Assembly (NCBI GenBank): GCA_017455665.1
Contig: JAFSZN010000154.1
Span: 1-61,627, forward strand
DNA length: 61,627 nucleotides
Reading direction: 5' to 3'
DNA from: Lentisphaeria bacterium
Lineage (GTDB): Bacteria > Verrucomicrobiota > Lentisphaeria > Victivallales > UBA1829
The notes under the pieces were generated by a model. The model was not told the DNA's origin. It saw only the letters and a program-made list of their open reading frames with translations, and searched no databases. Of the stretch, positions 10,033 to 19,357 are shown in pieces (the stretch's first letter is position 1; the number at the start of each line of letters is the position of its first letter). A program made the position numbers and the translations under genes.

Positions 10033-11391
10033 ATGCCCTCCTCGCAGAAGGATTCCGAGCTCATGTTATCCGAACTGACTGCATTCATCAAAGACTCAAT
10101 GGTGGTCCATCCCGTTCTGACGAACCTGTGCCTTGCGGGGGCGCTGCTCGGCATCATTCTGGTCAATCTTGCCATACGGCAGGTCTTCCTGTACGGGCTG
10201 CAGCTCATATTCAGGAAGCTTCCGACTCAAAACGGCGAGTACAAAAAACAGATGTATGTGACCGCCTCGCGCCTGGCGTTCATCGTGCCGATCGTGGTGG
10301 TGTACCTGATCCTGGAAACGGTGAACATCAATCCGGAAAACCTGGTGATCACGCGAAAGATCTGCATGGCGCTCACGCTCATTTGCGCGGTGTCCGCATC
10401 GATCAGCCTTCTGAATATCCTGGACATCTGGTACCGCAGCCATTCATACACGCACGACCATTCCATCAAAGGCGGCATCCAGCTGATCCAGCTGTTCGCC
10501 GTGATCGTGACGATCATCATGATCGCGTCCATCCTGATGAACAAAAGCCCGGTGATGCTGCTGTCCGGTCTTGGCGCGGTGCTCGCGGTGCTGATCCTGA
10601 TCTTCCAGGACACGATCCTGGCGCTGGTCTCCGGGATCCAGCTCAGCACGAACCACATGATCCGGCTCGGCGACTGGATCGAACTGCCGTCGGAGAACGT
10701 GGACGGCGTGATCATCGACATCGCCCTGCACACGGTAAAGGTGCAGAACTGGGACATGACCATCGTGACTGTGCCGACGCGCAAACTGACTGTAGAGACG
10801 TTCATCAACTGGCGCGGCATCACCGAGGCGGGCGGCCGCCGCATCAAACGGTCCCTGCGCATCGACATGCGGAGCATCCGGTTCCTCAATAACGACGAGA
10901 TCGCACGCCTGGACGAATTCGTGCTGCTTGACGACTACCTGAACGAGAAACGGCAGGAGATCGAGGAGTGGAACCGCGCGATGGCGGAGAAAGGCGCGAA
11001 GCCGATCAACAGCCGCCGCATCACCAACATCGGGACGTTCCGCATCTACATCGACAAGTACCTGCGTTCCCTGAAGTCGATTAACCCCGATCTGACCATG
11101 CTTGTGCGGCAGCTTCAGCCGGACTCCACCGGACTGCCGATTGAGATCTACTGCTTTACGAAAACGACCGACTGGATCGAATACGAGCGCATCCAGTCGG
11201 ACATCTTCGACCACCTGCTGGCAATCCTGCCTGTCTTCGGACTGAGGGTGTTCCAGGAATGCAGCGACATTTACCAGCTGACGGGCGACGGAAGAAAGGC
11301 CGGCGGCGTGATCCCTCAGGAGACTTATACCTCGCCGGATGATTTCGCCCCGAGCAAACGGCGCAAGGGCGCGGACGACGAAAAAAACTGA
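10033..11391 (+). CDS. Mechanosensitive channel, MscS family (YbdG/MscM-like)
   Basis: Several N-terminal TM helices; FQDTILALVSGIQL, GDWIELP, VKVQNWD, GGRRIKRS, TNIGTFR, LVRQLQP, QSDIFDH. Confidence 0.92.
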   Translation: MPSSQKDSELMLSELTAFIKDSMVVHPVLTNLCLAGALLGIILVNLAIRQVFLYGLQLIFRKLPTQNGEYKKQMYVTASRLAFIVPIVVVYLILETVNINPENLVITRKICMALTLICAVSASISLLNILDIWYRSHSYTHDHSIKGGIQLIQLFAVIVTIIMIASILMNKSPVMLLSGLGAVLAVLILIFQDTILALVSGIQLSTNHMIRLGDWIELPSENVDGVIIDIALHTVKVQNWDMTIVTVPTRKLTVETFINWRGITEAGGRRIKRSLRIDMRSIRFLNNDEIARLDEFVLLDDYLNEKRQEIEEWNRAMAEKGAKPINSRRITNIGTFRIYIDKYLRSLKSINPDLTMLVRQLQPDSTGLPIEIYCFTKTTDWIEYERIQSDIFDHLLAILPVFGLRVFQECSDIYQLTGDGRKAGGVIPQETYTSPDDFAPSKRRKGADDEKN

Positions 11392-11409
11392 ACTTCATCC
11401 TGAAAAATC

Positions 11410-11438
11410 TTGAAAAAAGGGGGAACGCATGGTAGATT
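11410..11438 (+). promoter_or_regulatory. Sigma70-type promoter for the wzm-wzt polysaccharide operon
   Basis: TTGAAA-N17-TAGATT with TG at the extended -10. Confidence 0.55.
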
Positions 11439-11517
11439 ATTAGAACGGCATATTCTTCCCTTTTAGTTTAAGAATGTGCCGTCCCCTCACCTCACGAACT
11501 GGCACGATGGAGAAACG

Positions 11518-12348
11518 ATGCTGAACACCCTGCGTTATGTCCTGGATTTCCGGCGGCTGCCGATGATCGCGGCTGCCCACCGGTCTCTGCTGTGGCAGTT
11601 CGTGAAACGCAGCGTGTCCGCCCGTTACCGGGGGTCGGCCCTGGGGCTGTTCTGGAGTTTCATCCATCCTCTGATGATGTTGTGCGTCTACACGTTTGTG
11701 TTCAGTGTGGTGTTTCAGGCGCGCTGGGGCGTCGACACGGACGGCGGACGCGGTGCGTTTGCGATCATCATGTTCTGCGGACTCGCCCTGTTCAACATCT
11801 TCTCCGAGGCAGTGAACCTGAACTGCGGGATCGTGGTGGCGAACACGAATCTGGTGAAGAAGGTGATCTTCCCGCTCGAGATCCTGCCGCTGTCGCAGAC
11901 GCTCGCGACGTTCGCCGTGGGCATGGTCTGGTTCGTCCTGCTGTTTCTCGGCGCGGTGTTCGTTTTCGGCAGGGTCAGCTTCACGATGCTGCTGCTGCCG
12001 CTGATCCTGCTCCCTCTGTTCCTGTTCACGCTCGGCGTTTCGTTTTTCGTCTCCTCGCTCAGCGTGTATGTCCGCGACACGCCGTATGTGGTGGGGGTGG
12101 CGCTTCAGATCCTATTTTTCCTGACGCCGATCTTCTATCCGGTTTCGGCGATCCCGGAACGCTTCCGCCTGCCGATCCAGCTGAACCCGCTGGCGCTCCT
12201 GATCGAGGAGGCGCGGAAAGTCTTTCTGTACGGGGAGCTGCCGGACTGGCGGTTCCTCGGCGCGGCGTTCCTGGTCTCGCTGCTGGTGCTCCACCTCGGT
12301 TTTTTGTGGTTCCACAAGACGAAGAAAGGATTTGCCGATGTCCTCTGA
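11518..12348 (+). CDS. wzm: ABC-2 type polysaccharide export permease
   Basis: RYRGSALGLFWSFIHPL, NLVKKVIFPLE, TPIFYP, LNPL, KKGFADVL. Confidence 0.92.
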   Translation: MLNTLRYVLDFRRLPMIAAAHRSLLWQFVKRSVSARYRGSALGLFWSFIHPLMMLCVYTFVFSVVFQARWGVDTDGGRGAFAIIMFCGLALFNIFSEAVNLNCGIVVANTNLVKKVIFPLEILPLSQTLATFAVGMVWFVLLFLGAVFVFGRVSFTMLLLPLILLPLFLFTLGVSFFVSSLSVYVRDTPYVVGVALQILFFLTPIFYPVSAIPERFRLPIQLNPLALLIEEARKVFLYGELPDWRFLGAAFLVSLLVLHLGFLWFHKTKKGFADVL

Positions 12349-13678
12349 CGACGTGGCCCTTCGCATCCGGCACATCTCGAAGCGGTTCGAGATCTACGAC
12401 AAGCCGCGGCACCGCCTGCAGCAGATGCTGTTCGGGCGCTGGAAGACGTATTACCGTGAATTCTGGGCTCTGCGCGACATTGATCTTGAGGTGAAGAAGG
12501 GGGAATGCGTCGGGATCATCGGACGCAACGGCGCCGGAAAATCGACGCTGCTGCAGATCGTGACGGGCACGCTCCAGCCGACGGAGGGGACCGTGGAGCG
12601 GCACGGCAGAATCGCAGCCCTGCTTGAGCTGGGAAGCGGGTTCAATCCGGAATTCACCGGGCGCGAAAACGTGTACATGAACGCCGCGATCCTGGGCCTG
12701 ACGAAGGCTGAGACCGACGCGAAATACGACGACATCGTCGCGTTCGCGGACATAGGCGAGTTCATCGACCAGCCGGTCAAAACATATTCCTCCGGCATGA
12801 TGGTGCGACTGGCGTTCGCCGTGAACGCGTTTGTTGACCCGGACATCCTGATCGTGGATGAAGCGCTGGCGGTCGGCGACGCGGTCTTCCAGCAGAAGTG
12901 CATGCGTTTCATCCGCAAGTTCAAGGAGGAGCACACGATCCTGTTTGTGAGCCATGACACCGCCGCGGTCGTCAACCTTTGCGACCGGGCGGTCCTGCTG
13001 GACGGGGGAAGAATATTCCGCATAGGCCCGGCGAAAGATGTTACGGAATACTATTTGTCCCGGCAGTTTCAGGCATTGCAGAAAGGCGGCACGATCGAGG
13101 AGAAAGGCGCGCAGGGAATACCGAAGGCGACGCCGGAGGAGGATGTCTGTTTCAAGGATATGCGCCATGATTTCATCGTCACGACGAACCTGCGCAACGA
13201 CATAGAGCTTTTGCGGTTCAACGACGCTTCCGGCGCCTTCGGGACCGGGGCGGCGAAGATCACGGATGTCGTTCTGACCGATGAGTCCGGGGATAAGCTT
13301 TCCTGGTGCGTCGGCGGCGAGATGGTGAAACTGCGAATATCCGCCGAGGCGTACCGGGATTTGTACCGTCCCATCATCGGTTTTATCGTCAAGGACCATC
13401 TGGGGCAGGGATTGTTTGCCGCCAACACCTGTGTCGCCTATCTTCAGAATCCGCTCAGCGTTTCGGCGGGCCAGGCTCTTGTCGCCGAGTTCGAGTTCAG
13501 AATGCCAATCCTGTATCGCGGGGATTACAGCATCATGGTCTCCATCGCGGAGGGGACGCAACAGGAAAATGTTCAGCACCACTGGATCCATGATGCGTTC
13601 ATTTTCCGTTCGCACGCACCCGAGCCGCTTGCCCTGCTCGGGATTCCCATGAAGAATATAAAAATGAAGGTGTGCTGA
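12338..13678 (+). CDS. wzt: Polysaccharide export ABC ATPase with C-terminal carbohydrate-binding (Wzt_C) domain
   Basis: GRNGAGKST, YSSGM, ILIVDEALAVGD; ~150-aa beta-rich C-terminal domain; overlaps wzm. Confidence 0.92.
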   Translation: MSSDDVALRIRHISKRFEIYDKPRHRLQQMLFGRWKTYYREFWALRDIDLEVKKGECVGIIGRNGAGKSTLLQIVTGTLQPTEGTVERHGRIAALLELGSGFNPEFTGRENVYMNAAILGLTKAETDAKYDDIVAFADIGEFIDQPVKTYSSGMMVRLAFAVNAFVDPDILIVDEALAVGDAVFQQKCMRFIRKFKEEHTILFVSHDTAAVVNLCDRAVLLDGGRIFRIGPAKDVTEYYLSRQFQALQKGGTIEEKGAQGIPKATPEEDVCFKDMRHDFIVTTNLRNDIELLRFNDASGAFGTGAAKITDVVLTDESGDKLSWCVGGEMVKLRISAEAYRDLYRPIIGFIVKDHLGQGLFAANTCVAYLQNPLSVSAGQALVAEFEFRMPILYRGDYSIMVSIAEGTQQENVQHHWIHDAFIFRSHAPEPLALLGIPMKNIKMKVC

Positions 13679-13680
13679 TT

Positions 13681-14568
13681 ATGGGATATGAGAATGACTA
13701 CGGTGCGGACTACTACGAGTCCCATCTCGGGCTGAATGACTATATTCACAATGAAGGCATTATTTGTTTCAACCGCCGTATGGCGGAGGGGCTTGTGAAT
13801 CTGCTGCATCCGGCAACGGTCCTGGATGTGGGCTGTGCCTGCGGGCACCTGGTGTCAGCGTTCAGAGACAACGGCGTCGAGGCATACGGCATAGATTCTT
13901 CCTCCTATGCGCTGGACCATGTAAGGGCGGAGCATCGGGGGTTTGTCTGCCGCGCTGCGCTTCCCGACATCTCGTTGCCGGACTCGTTCCCGAAGAAATA
14001 CGACCTCGTGACTTTCATCGAAGTGATCGAGCACATCCGGGAGATCCATAATCACGAAGCCATTACGGCGTTGTCCCGATTCAGCGACACCGTTCTTTTT
14101 TCATCGACTCCGGACGATTTCGACGAACCGACCCACATCAATGTGCATCCCATATCGTTCTGGTGCGCCGAGTTCGCGAAAGCCGGGTTTTATCCTGACA
14201 TGACGGCGGATCTGTCGTTCGGGGCTCCGCAGTTTGTCCTCTTCCGGAAAAGGCCGTGCTGCCCCGGCATGGAAGAGCTGTTCCGTCCTCTGGATGTCCT
14301 GTATCAGGAGAAAACGACCTTGACGAAGCTGGCGCTTGAGCGCCTGAGGATGTATCGGGAAGCCTCGGATCTGGCACAGGAACGCCTGCGCCTGTATCAG
14401 GAGGCACGGGCAAAACTCGATGAAATGGAACGCGTATTAGACACTTTCGGGATCCGTTGCCTGTATGGGGCCGCCAAATCCGCGAAACGTTTATTTGTGC
14501 GTCTTTCGGGGAAAGGGACCGACAGTCAGGGAACCGAAGGCGATGACAGGAACCCCCCGCGGGATTGA
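13681..14568 (+). CDS. Class I SAM-dependent methyltransferase with C-terminal coiled coil (glycan chain-capping type)
   Basis: VLDVGCACG, YGIDSS, FIEVIEH, PTHIN; helical C-terminal repeat. Confidence 0.8.
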   Translation: MGYENDYGADYYESHLGLNDYIHNEGIICFNRRMAEGLVNLLHPATVLDVGCACGHLVSAFRDNGVEAYGIDSSSYALDHVRAEHRGFVCRAALPDISLPDSFPKKYDLVTFIEVIEHIREIHNHEAITALSRFSDTVLFSSTPDDFDEPTHINVHPISFWCAEFAKAGFYPDMTADLSFGAPQFVLFRKRPCCPGMEELFRPLDVLYQEKTTLTKLALERLRMYREASDLAQERLRLYQEARAKLDEMERVLDTFGIRCLYGAAKSAKRLFVRLSGKGTDSQGTEGDDRNPPRD

Positions 14569-14577
14569 GGAGAACGT

Positions 14578-15924
14578 ATGAGCATAGCATCCAAATTGCA
14601 TCGGCTCGGAGATCTGATGGAGAAATCCGGGAAAGTGATCCGGGAAAAAGGTTTCCGGTTTTTTATCGGGAAATCCTGTCTTTTTGTGAAAAAATACATT
14701 TCCCGCCATTTCATTCAACCGTTTGAAGCCCCTGCTCGGTCGTTCAGCGAGCAGCCCCATTCCGTTTCCGAGGTGATATGCCACGCGCATGGGACACTTC
14801 AGCCCCTTTCCGTCTTCCGTTCGCCGGATCGCGGGCGGACCGCATGCCTGAACTTCGTCACGGATGCGCTGGGAACCTCTTTGTTGGGCGGCGTCGGAAC
14901 GGCATTGATCCTGGTGTCGCAGTATGCCGTAAGGAAAAACATGATGTTGCGGATCATCACCCGGCAGGAAAAAGCAAATCCACGGGATTATTATGATTTC
15001 ATGGCGCTGATGCACGAGGCGCATCCGAAGAAAGTGGTGTTCTGGAGCGACTGCGGCCGGGATGACACGGGCAGGCACGCGCATCCGCTGGAGATCTCGG
15101 ATTCGGATGAATTCCTCACGACCAGCTGGTGGACGACCGCGGCGGTCTCTGCCGCCGACACCGGCTGCAAAACGTTTTATATCATTCAGGAAACGGAAGA
15201 CTTTTTCTATCCATACGGAGACATGAGACTGTGGTGTTCGTGGCAGATGAACAGTCCGGATGTCCGCTATATCGTCAATTCCCACTGGCTTTGGGATTAT
15301 TTCAAAGTCAAATATCCGGCGATCTGTGCGCACGGGACATATTTCGAACCGGCTTTCCCGCGGTTCCTGTACCGGCCGCAGACACCGGATGCCGGCGGCA
15401 AACACAAACTGTTCTTCTATGCGCGCCCGAACCATCCCCGGAACCTGTATTATACCGGGCTGAAGGTGCTGGACGAAGCCATCCTGCGCGGGATCATCGA
15501 CCCCGATCAATGGGACATCTGCATCGGCGGCGACGCGTGCGACAATATCGTGTTTGCCGGGGGCGTGAAACCGGAGCATCCGGGACGGATGACATGGAGC
15601 GAATATGCCAGGTTCCTTGGAAAAGTGGATCTGACGTTTTCCCTTATGTACACGCCGCATCCCAGCTATCCCCCGCTGGATTCGCTGGCGTCCGGATGTG
15701 TCTGCGTGACCAATTCCTTCGAAAACAAGACGGACTGCGCGTTCGGAAATAATATCATCTTCCGCGAATTGAGTCTGGATGCCCTGTGCGACGGTTTGCG
15801 TGAAGGAGTGAAGCTTGCCCTCGACACTCCGGCACGCCGTAGGAATTTCGAGGAATTGTCGCTTCCTTCGGACTGGTCGGAGACGCTGAAGGATACGCTT
15901 GACTTCATGGAGAAATACGGCTGA
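14578..15924 (+). CDS. Glycosyltransferase, WsaF-like rhamnosyltransferase
   Basis: LLGGVGTA, TTSWWT, YIIQETEDFFYP, FFYARPNHPRN, TPHPSYPPLD. Confidence 0.75.
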   Translation: MSIASKLHRLGDLMEKSGKVIREKGFRFFIGKSCLFVKKYISRHFIQPFEAPARSFSEQPHSVSEVICHAHGTLQPLSVFRSPDRGRTACLNFVTDALGTSLLGGVGTALILVSQYAVRKNMMLRIITRQEKANPRDYYDFMALMHEAHPKKVVFWSDCGRDDTGRHAHPLEISDSDEFLTTSWWTTAAVSAADTGCKTFYIIQETEDFFYPYGDMRLWCSWQMNSPDVRYIVNSHWLWDYFKVKYPAICAHGTYFEPAFPRFLYRPQTPDAGGKHKLFFYARPNHPRNLYYTGLKVLDEAILRGIIDPDQWDICIGGDACDNIVFAGGVKPEHPGRMTWSEYARFLGKVDLTFSLMYTPHPSYPPLDSLASGCVCVTNSFENKTDCAFGNNIIFRELSLDALCDGLREGVKLALDTPARRRNFEELSLPSDWSETLKDTLDFMEKYG

Positions 15925-17120
15925 TGTATCGTCTGCGCCTGACAATTCCGGATTGCCGGGATCCGTGGCTTTTGCCGCAGGAACGCCGGATGCGAGTTTT
16001 TTACGAAGCATGCGCATCCGGCCTCAAGTGCATTGTGGCGATATACAACCGCCCGGACAATTCGACGTTCCGCTACAGGGTCTACAATGTCTTCCGGGCG
16101 CTGGAGAACAGCTCTTCCTTCCGCCTGTGCTATTTCTACGAAAATGAGCTCCAGAATGTGATTCCCCGGCTCGGTTCCGCCGCCGCGCTGCTCCTCTGCC
16201 GGACAGCCTGGACTCCGGCGATCCAGCGGGCGATCGACACGGCGCGCACGAAGGGGATCCCGGTGCTGTTCGATGTCGACGACCGGGTATTTGACCTGGA
16301 TTGTCTGCAACTGGTCGCGAGCACGCTGGATGCTTCACTGGAGGATGAAGGGCAGCGGACCTACTGGGTGAACTATGTCGCATCGATCTGCATGACGGCA
16401 AAACAGGCGGACGGGTTCACGACGACCAACGCATTCCTTGGCGGCCGCCTTCAGGACAAATTCGGAAAGCCGTTCGTCTGCATTGAGAATTCCCTGAACG
16501 AGGAACAGCTTGTTGTTTCGGCGGAACTGCGGAAACTCAAGGCGGAGGCCGACCCGGACGGCGATTTCGTCATGGGATACTTCAGCGGCAGCCCGAGCCA
16601 CGTCAACGACCTGAAGACAGCTTTGCCGGAGCTCGTGGCGCTTCTGCGTCGATATGAAAACATGAAGCTGATGGTCGTGGGGTATATGGATCTGCCGGAC
16701 GGCATGGACGACCTGGTCGCGGCAAAGAAAATATTCACCATGCCGTTCGTTGATTTTCGAACATTGCAGCTCCTGATCGCCCGGATCGACCTGAATGTCG
16801 TGCCCATGGTCGAGAACAGTTTCACCGACTGCAAGTCGGAGCTGAAGTTCTTCGAAAGCGCGGTGGTCGATGTCCCGACGTGCGCCGCGCCCGTTTATGC
16901 GTACCGGAATTCCATTCAGAACGGAAAAACCGGGTTCCTGTGCAAACAGGGCGAATGGTATTCGACGATCTCCGATATCTACTCGGGAAAGCATGACCTG
17001 AAAGCGATCGATGCCGATGCCAGGAACTATGTCCTGAACCGTTATTGCGGTGCGAACTTCTTGAATTCGGTCGAGGTTGCCTACCGTTCGATCCTGCGGC
17101 AGGTCGGCGGCGAGGCATGA
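15924..17120 (+). CDS. GT-B fold glycosyltransferase (GT4-like)
   Basis: STFRYRVYN, FDVDD, GYFSGSPSH, CKSELKFFE. Confidence 0.8.
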   Translation: MYRLRLTIPDCRDPWLLPQERRMRVFYEACASGLKCIVAIYNRPDNSTFRYRVYNVFRALENSSSFRLCYFYENELQNVIPRLGSAAALLLCRTAWTPAIQRAIDTARTKGIPVLFDVDDRVFDLDCLQLVASTLDASLEDEGQRTYWVNYVASICMTAKQADGFTTTNAFLGGRLQDKFGKPFVCIENSLNEEQLVVSAELRKLKAEADPDGDFVMGYFSGSPSHVNDLKTALPELVALLRRYENMKLMVVGYMDLPDGMDDLVAAKKIFTMPFVDFRTLQLLIARIDLNVVPMVENSFTDCKSELKFFESAVVDVPTCAAPVYAYRNSIQNGKTGFLCKQGEWYSTISDIYSGKHDLKAIDADARNYVLNRYCGANFLNSVEVAYRSILRQVGGEA

Positions 17121-17154
17121 GAACGGCAATACAGCGCAAAGGCAGGCACAGACA

Positions 17155-18078
17155 ATGGTCAATCCGTTCCTAAGAGATATCCTGAGAAAAACGATGCCGT
17201 TTCCGGCCAGAGAGTTCCTGCGCCGGGTCTATTGGCACACGGTCGGACGGGATCATCTGTCTTTTTTCCGGGAGACGGGACGGCACGCGCTTCAGCTCCT
17301 GCCGGTTTGCGGCGGACCGCGGGTCAGCATCCTCTGCAGCGTCTGGAACACGCGTCCCTGTCTGCTGCGGCAGATGGTCCGCTCGGTTCTGAAACAGTCC
17401 TATCAGGACTGGGAGCTGGTCATCAACAACTGCAGCGATCCATCCCATCCCGAGGTCGATTCGATCCTCGCCCGTTTTGCCTCGGCCGATGCCAGGATAA
17501 AGGTCCAAAAAAAAGCAAATCAGGGGATCGCCCTCAATACCAACGCCGCCGCGGACTGCGCCGCAGGGGAATTCATCTTGCTCATGGACCATGACGACAT
17601 GCTTCTGCCCGATGCGCTGGATCACCTGATGAACGCGCAGAAACAGGCGGATGCGGATTTTGTGTATGCCGACGAATACTACCTGGTGACGCAGTATCGT
17701 GTCGTATGGCACCGGCGAAAAAAGCCTTTTTCCATGAAGGCGCTGGAAGAGAATAATTTCATCAATCACCCCGCTTTGATACGGAAAACGCTTTTTTCAC
17801 AGGCTGGCGGGCTTCGTCCCGGGTTTGATGGTTCGCAGGACCATGACCTTTATCTGCGCCTTCTGGAAAAGACCGCGAAAACGGCATACGTCCCTGAACC
17901 TCTCTATGTGTGGAGGATCCATCCTGATTCCTTTTCGCAGAGTTCCGTTCAGAAATGCATTGAATCCGGGAAGAAGGCGCTGGCGGAGCATTTCAGTCGG
18001 CTTGGCGTGGCGGCTGTTGTGGATAACTACAAAAACGAGACGAGATACAAGGTGCGCATTCCGGACCAGAAAAGCTGA
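17155..18078 (+). CDS. Glycosyltransferase family 2
   Basis: SVLKQSYQDWEL, NQGIALNTN, MDHDD, GFDGSQDHDL, LYVWR. Confidence 0.85.
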   Translation: MVNPFLRDILRKTMPFPAREFLRRVYWHTVGRDHLSFFRETGRHALQLLPVCGGPRVSILCSVWNTRPCLLRQMVRSVLKQSYQDWELVINNCSDPSHPEVDSILARFASADARIKVQKKANQGIALNTNAAADCAAGEFILLMDHDDMLLPDALDHLMNAQKQADADFVYADEYYLVTQYRVVWHRRKKPFSMKALEENNFINHPALIRKTLFSQAGGLRPGFDGSQDHDLYLRLLEKTAKTAYVPEPLYVWRIHPDSFSQSSVQKCIESGKKALAEHFSRLGVAAVVDNYKNETRYKVRIPDQKS

Positions 18079-18103
18079 ACGCTATCAACCTGCTGCAACT
18101 GTT

Positions 18104-19036
18104 ATGAGATCATTTCCGATTCAGATTCTTTTGGCGACCTACAATTCCTCCCGCTTCCTGCGCGAGCAGATGGATTCCATCCTGGCGCAGGACTGCCGCG
18201 TTTTCGAGGTCCTGGTCCGGGACGGCGGTTCCACCGACGATACCCTCGACATCATCGGGGAGTATCAGCGGAAGCATCCTGAGACGATCCGGTTCCTGGG
18301 GCAGGGACCCGCCACGGCTCTGGAGAATTTCTCCTCCCTGCTGGCGGCCTCAGACGCTCCGCTGGTCATGTTCAGCGACCATGACGATGTCTGGAAGCCG
18401 GGCAAGGTCAAAGCCTCCCTGGAAAAGTACCGCGAAATGGAAGCCGAATACGGATCCGATACCCCGATCATGGTCTTCACCGACTCCGAAGTCGTCGATT
18501 CCGAACTGAATCCGATCTCGCGCTCCATGATCCGGTTCCAGAACCTCAATCCCCATCTCCTGACCCTGAACCGCCTGATCGTCCAGAACGTCCCGTCCGG
18601 CAACACCATGCTCGTGAACCGGGCACTTGTCGAACTCGCATCCCCGGTCCCGTCCGCAGCCGTCATGCACGACCACTGGCTGACGCTCGTTGCCGCGACC
18701 ATGGGAAAGATCGGGTTCCTCCCGAAGCCGACCATCTACTACCGCCAGCACTCGAACAACGTCTATGGCGCATCCTACTATTCCTTTTCCACCTTCTGGC
18801 GCAAACTGCGCCTGGGAAGGGAAAGGATCCGGACGCGGTTCCAGCAGAACATCAACCAGGCGGTCGCGTTCGGCGCGCGCTACTCCGGATCCCTGAGCGA
18901 ACGGGACCTGAACATGCTTGAGGATCTGAAGGTGTTTCAGACCCTCGGTCCTTGGACCCGCAGGCGGGTCCTTTGGAAGTACGGCATCTGGAAGTCGGGG
19001 GTCTGGCGCAATATCGGGACCTTCCTGTTCATTTGA
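18104..19036 (+). CDS. Glycosyltransferase family 2 (RgpB/RfbC-like rhamnosyltransferase)
   Basis: LLATYN, RDGGSTD, FSDHDDVW, MHDHW, YYRQHSNN; start ATG 18104. Confidence 0.85.
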   Translation: MRSFPIQILLATYNSSRFLREQMDSILAQDCRVFEVLVRDGGSTDDTLDIIGEYQRKHPETIRFLGQGPATALENFSSLLAASDAPLVMFSDHDDVWKPGKVKASLEKYREMEAEYGSDTPIMVFTDSEVVDSELNPISRSMIRFQNLNPHLLTLNRLIVQNVPSGNTMLVNRALVELASPVPSAAVMHDHWLTLVAATMGKIGFLPKPTIYYRQHSNNVYGASYYSFSTFWRKLRLGRERIRTRFQQNINQAVAFGARYSGSLSERDLNMLEDLKVFQTLGPWTRRRVLWKYGIWKSGVWRNIGTFLFI

Positions 19037-19189
19037 CTTTTTTTTGTCGGAAACGGGAGCGGGAGAGGGATCCGGCAGGACGGCGTGTCTGACGGCAGTC
19101 CTGCGATTGGCGAACGGCGCCGGGCGGGACATCCGGCATGCGCCCGGACCGGCATCCCGTTTTTCCCGGACAAATTGTATTTTTACGAC

Positions 19190-19217
19190 TTGAAATCGCG
19201 GGAAGCGGTGCTATGTT
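19190..19217 (+). promoter_or_regulatory. Sigma70-type promoter for the AIDA/FG-GAP protein gene
   Basis: TTGAAA-N16-TATGTT with TG at the extended -10. Confidence 0.55.
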
Positions 19218-19357
19218 ATTGTGACGAAATGTAATCCTTATTTTTGAAAGGATCGTCGTGCGGGCGGATCCCGGGGCTCGGGACCCATGCCGGACGAGCT
19301 TCAAAAAACAGGTGTTTTCCGGGACAAACAACAAGCTCAACATAAGGACCTTTGACC

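Noticed and set aside
19218-19357. Riboswitch (e.g. c-di-GMP) in the leaders of the surface-protein genes
   Set aside because: No recognisable aptamer consensus; similarity between the two leaders is limited to a few bases.
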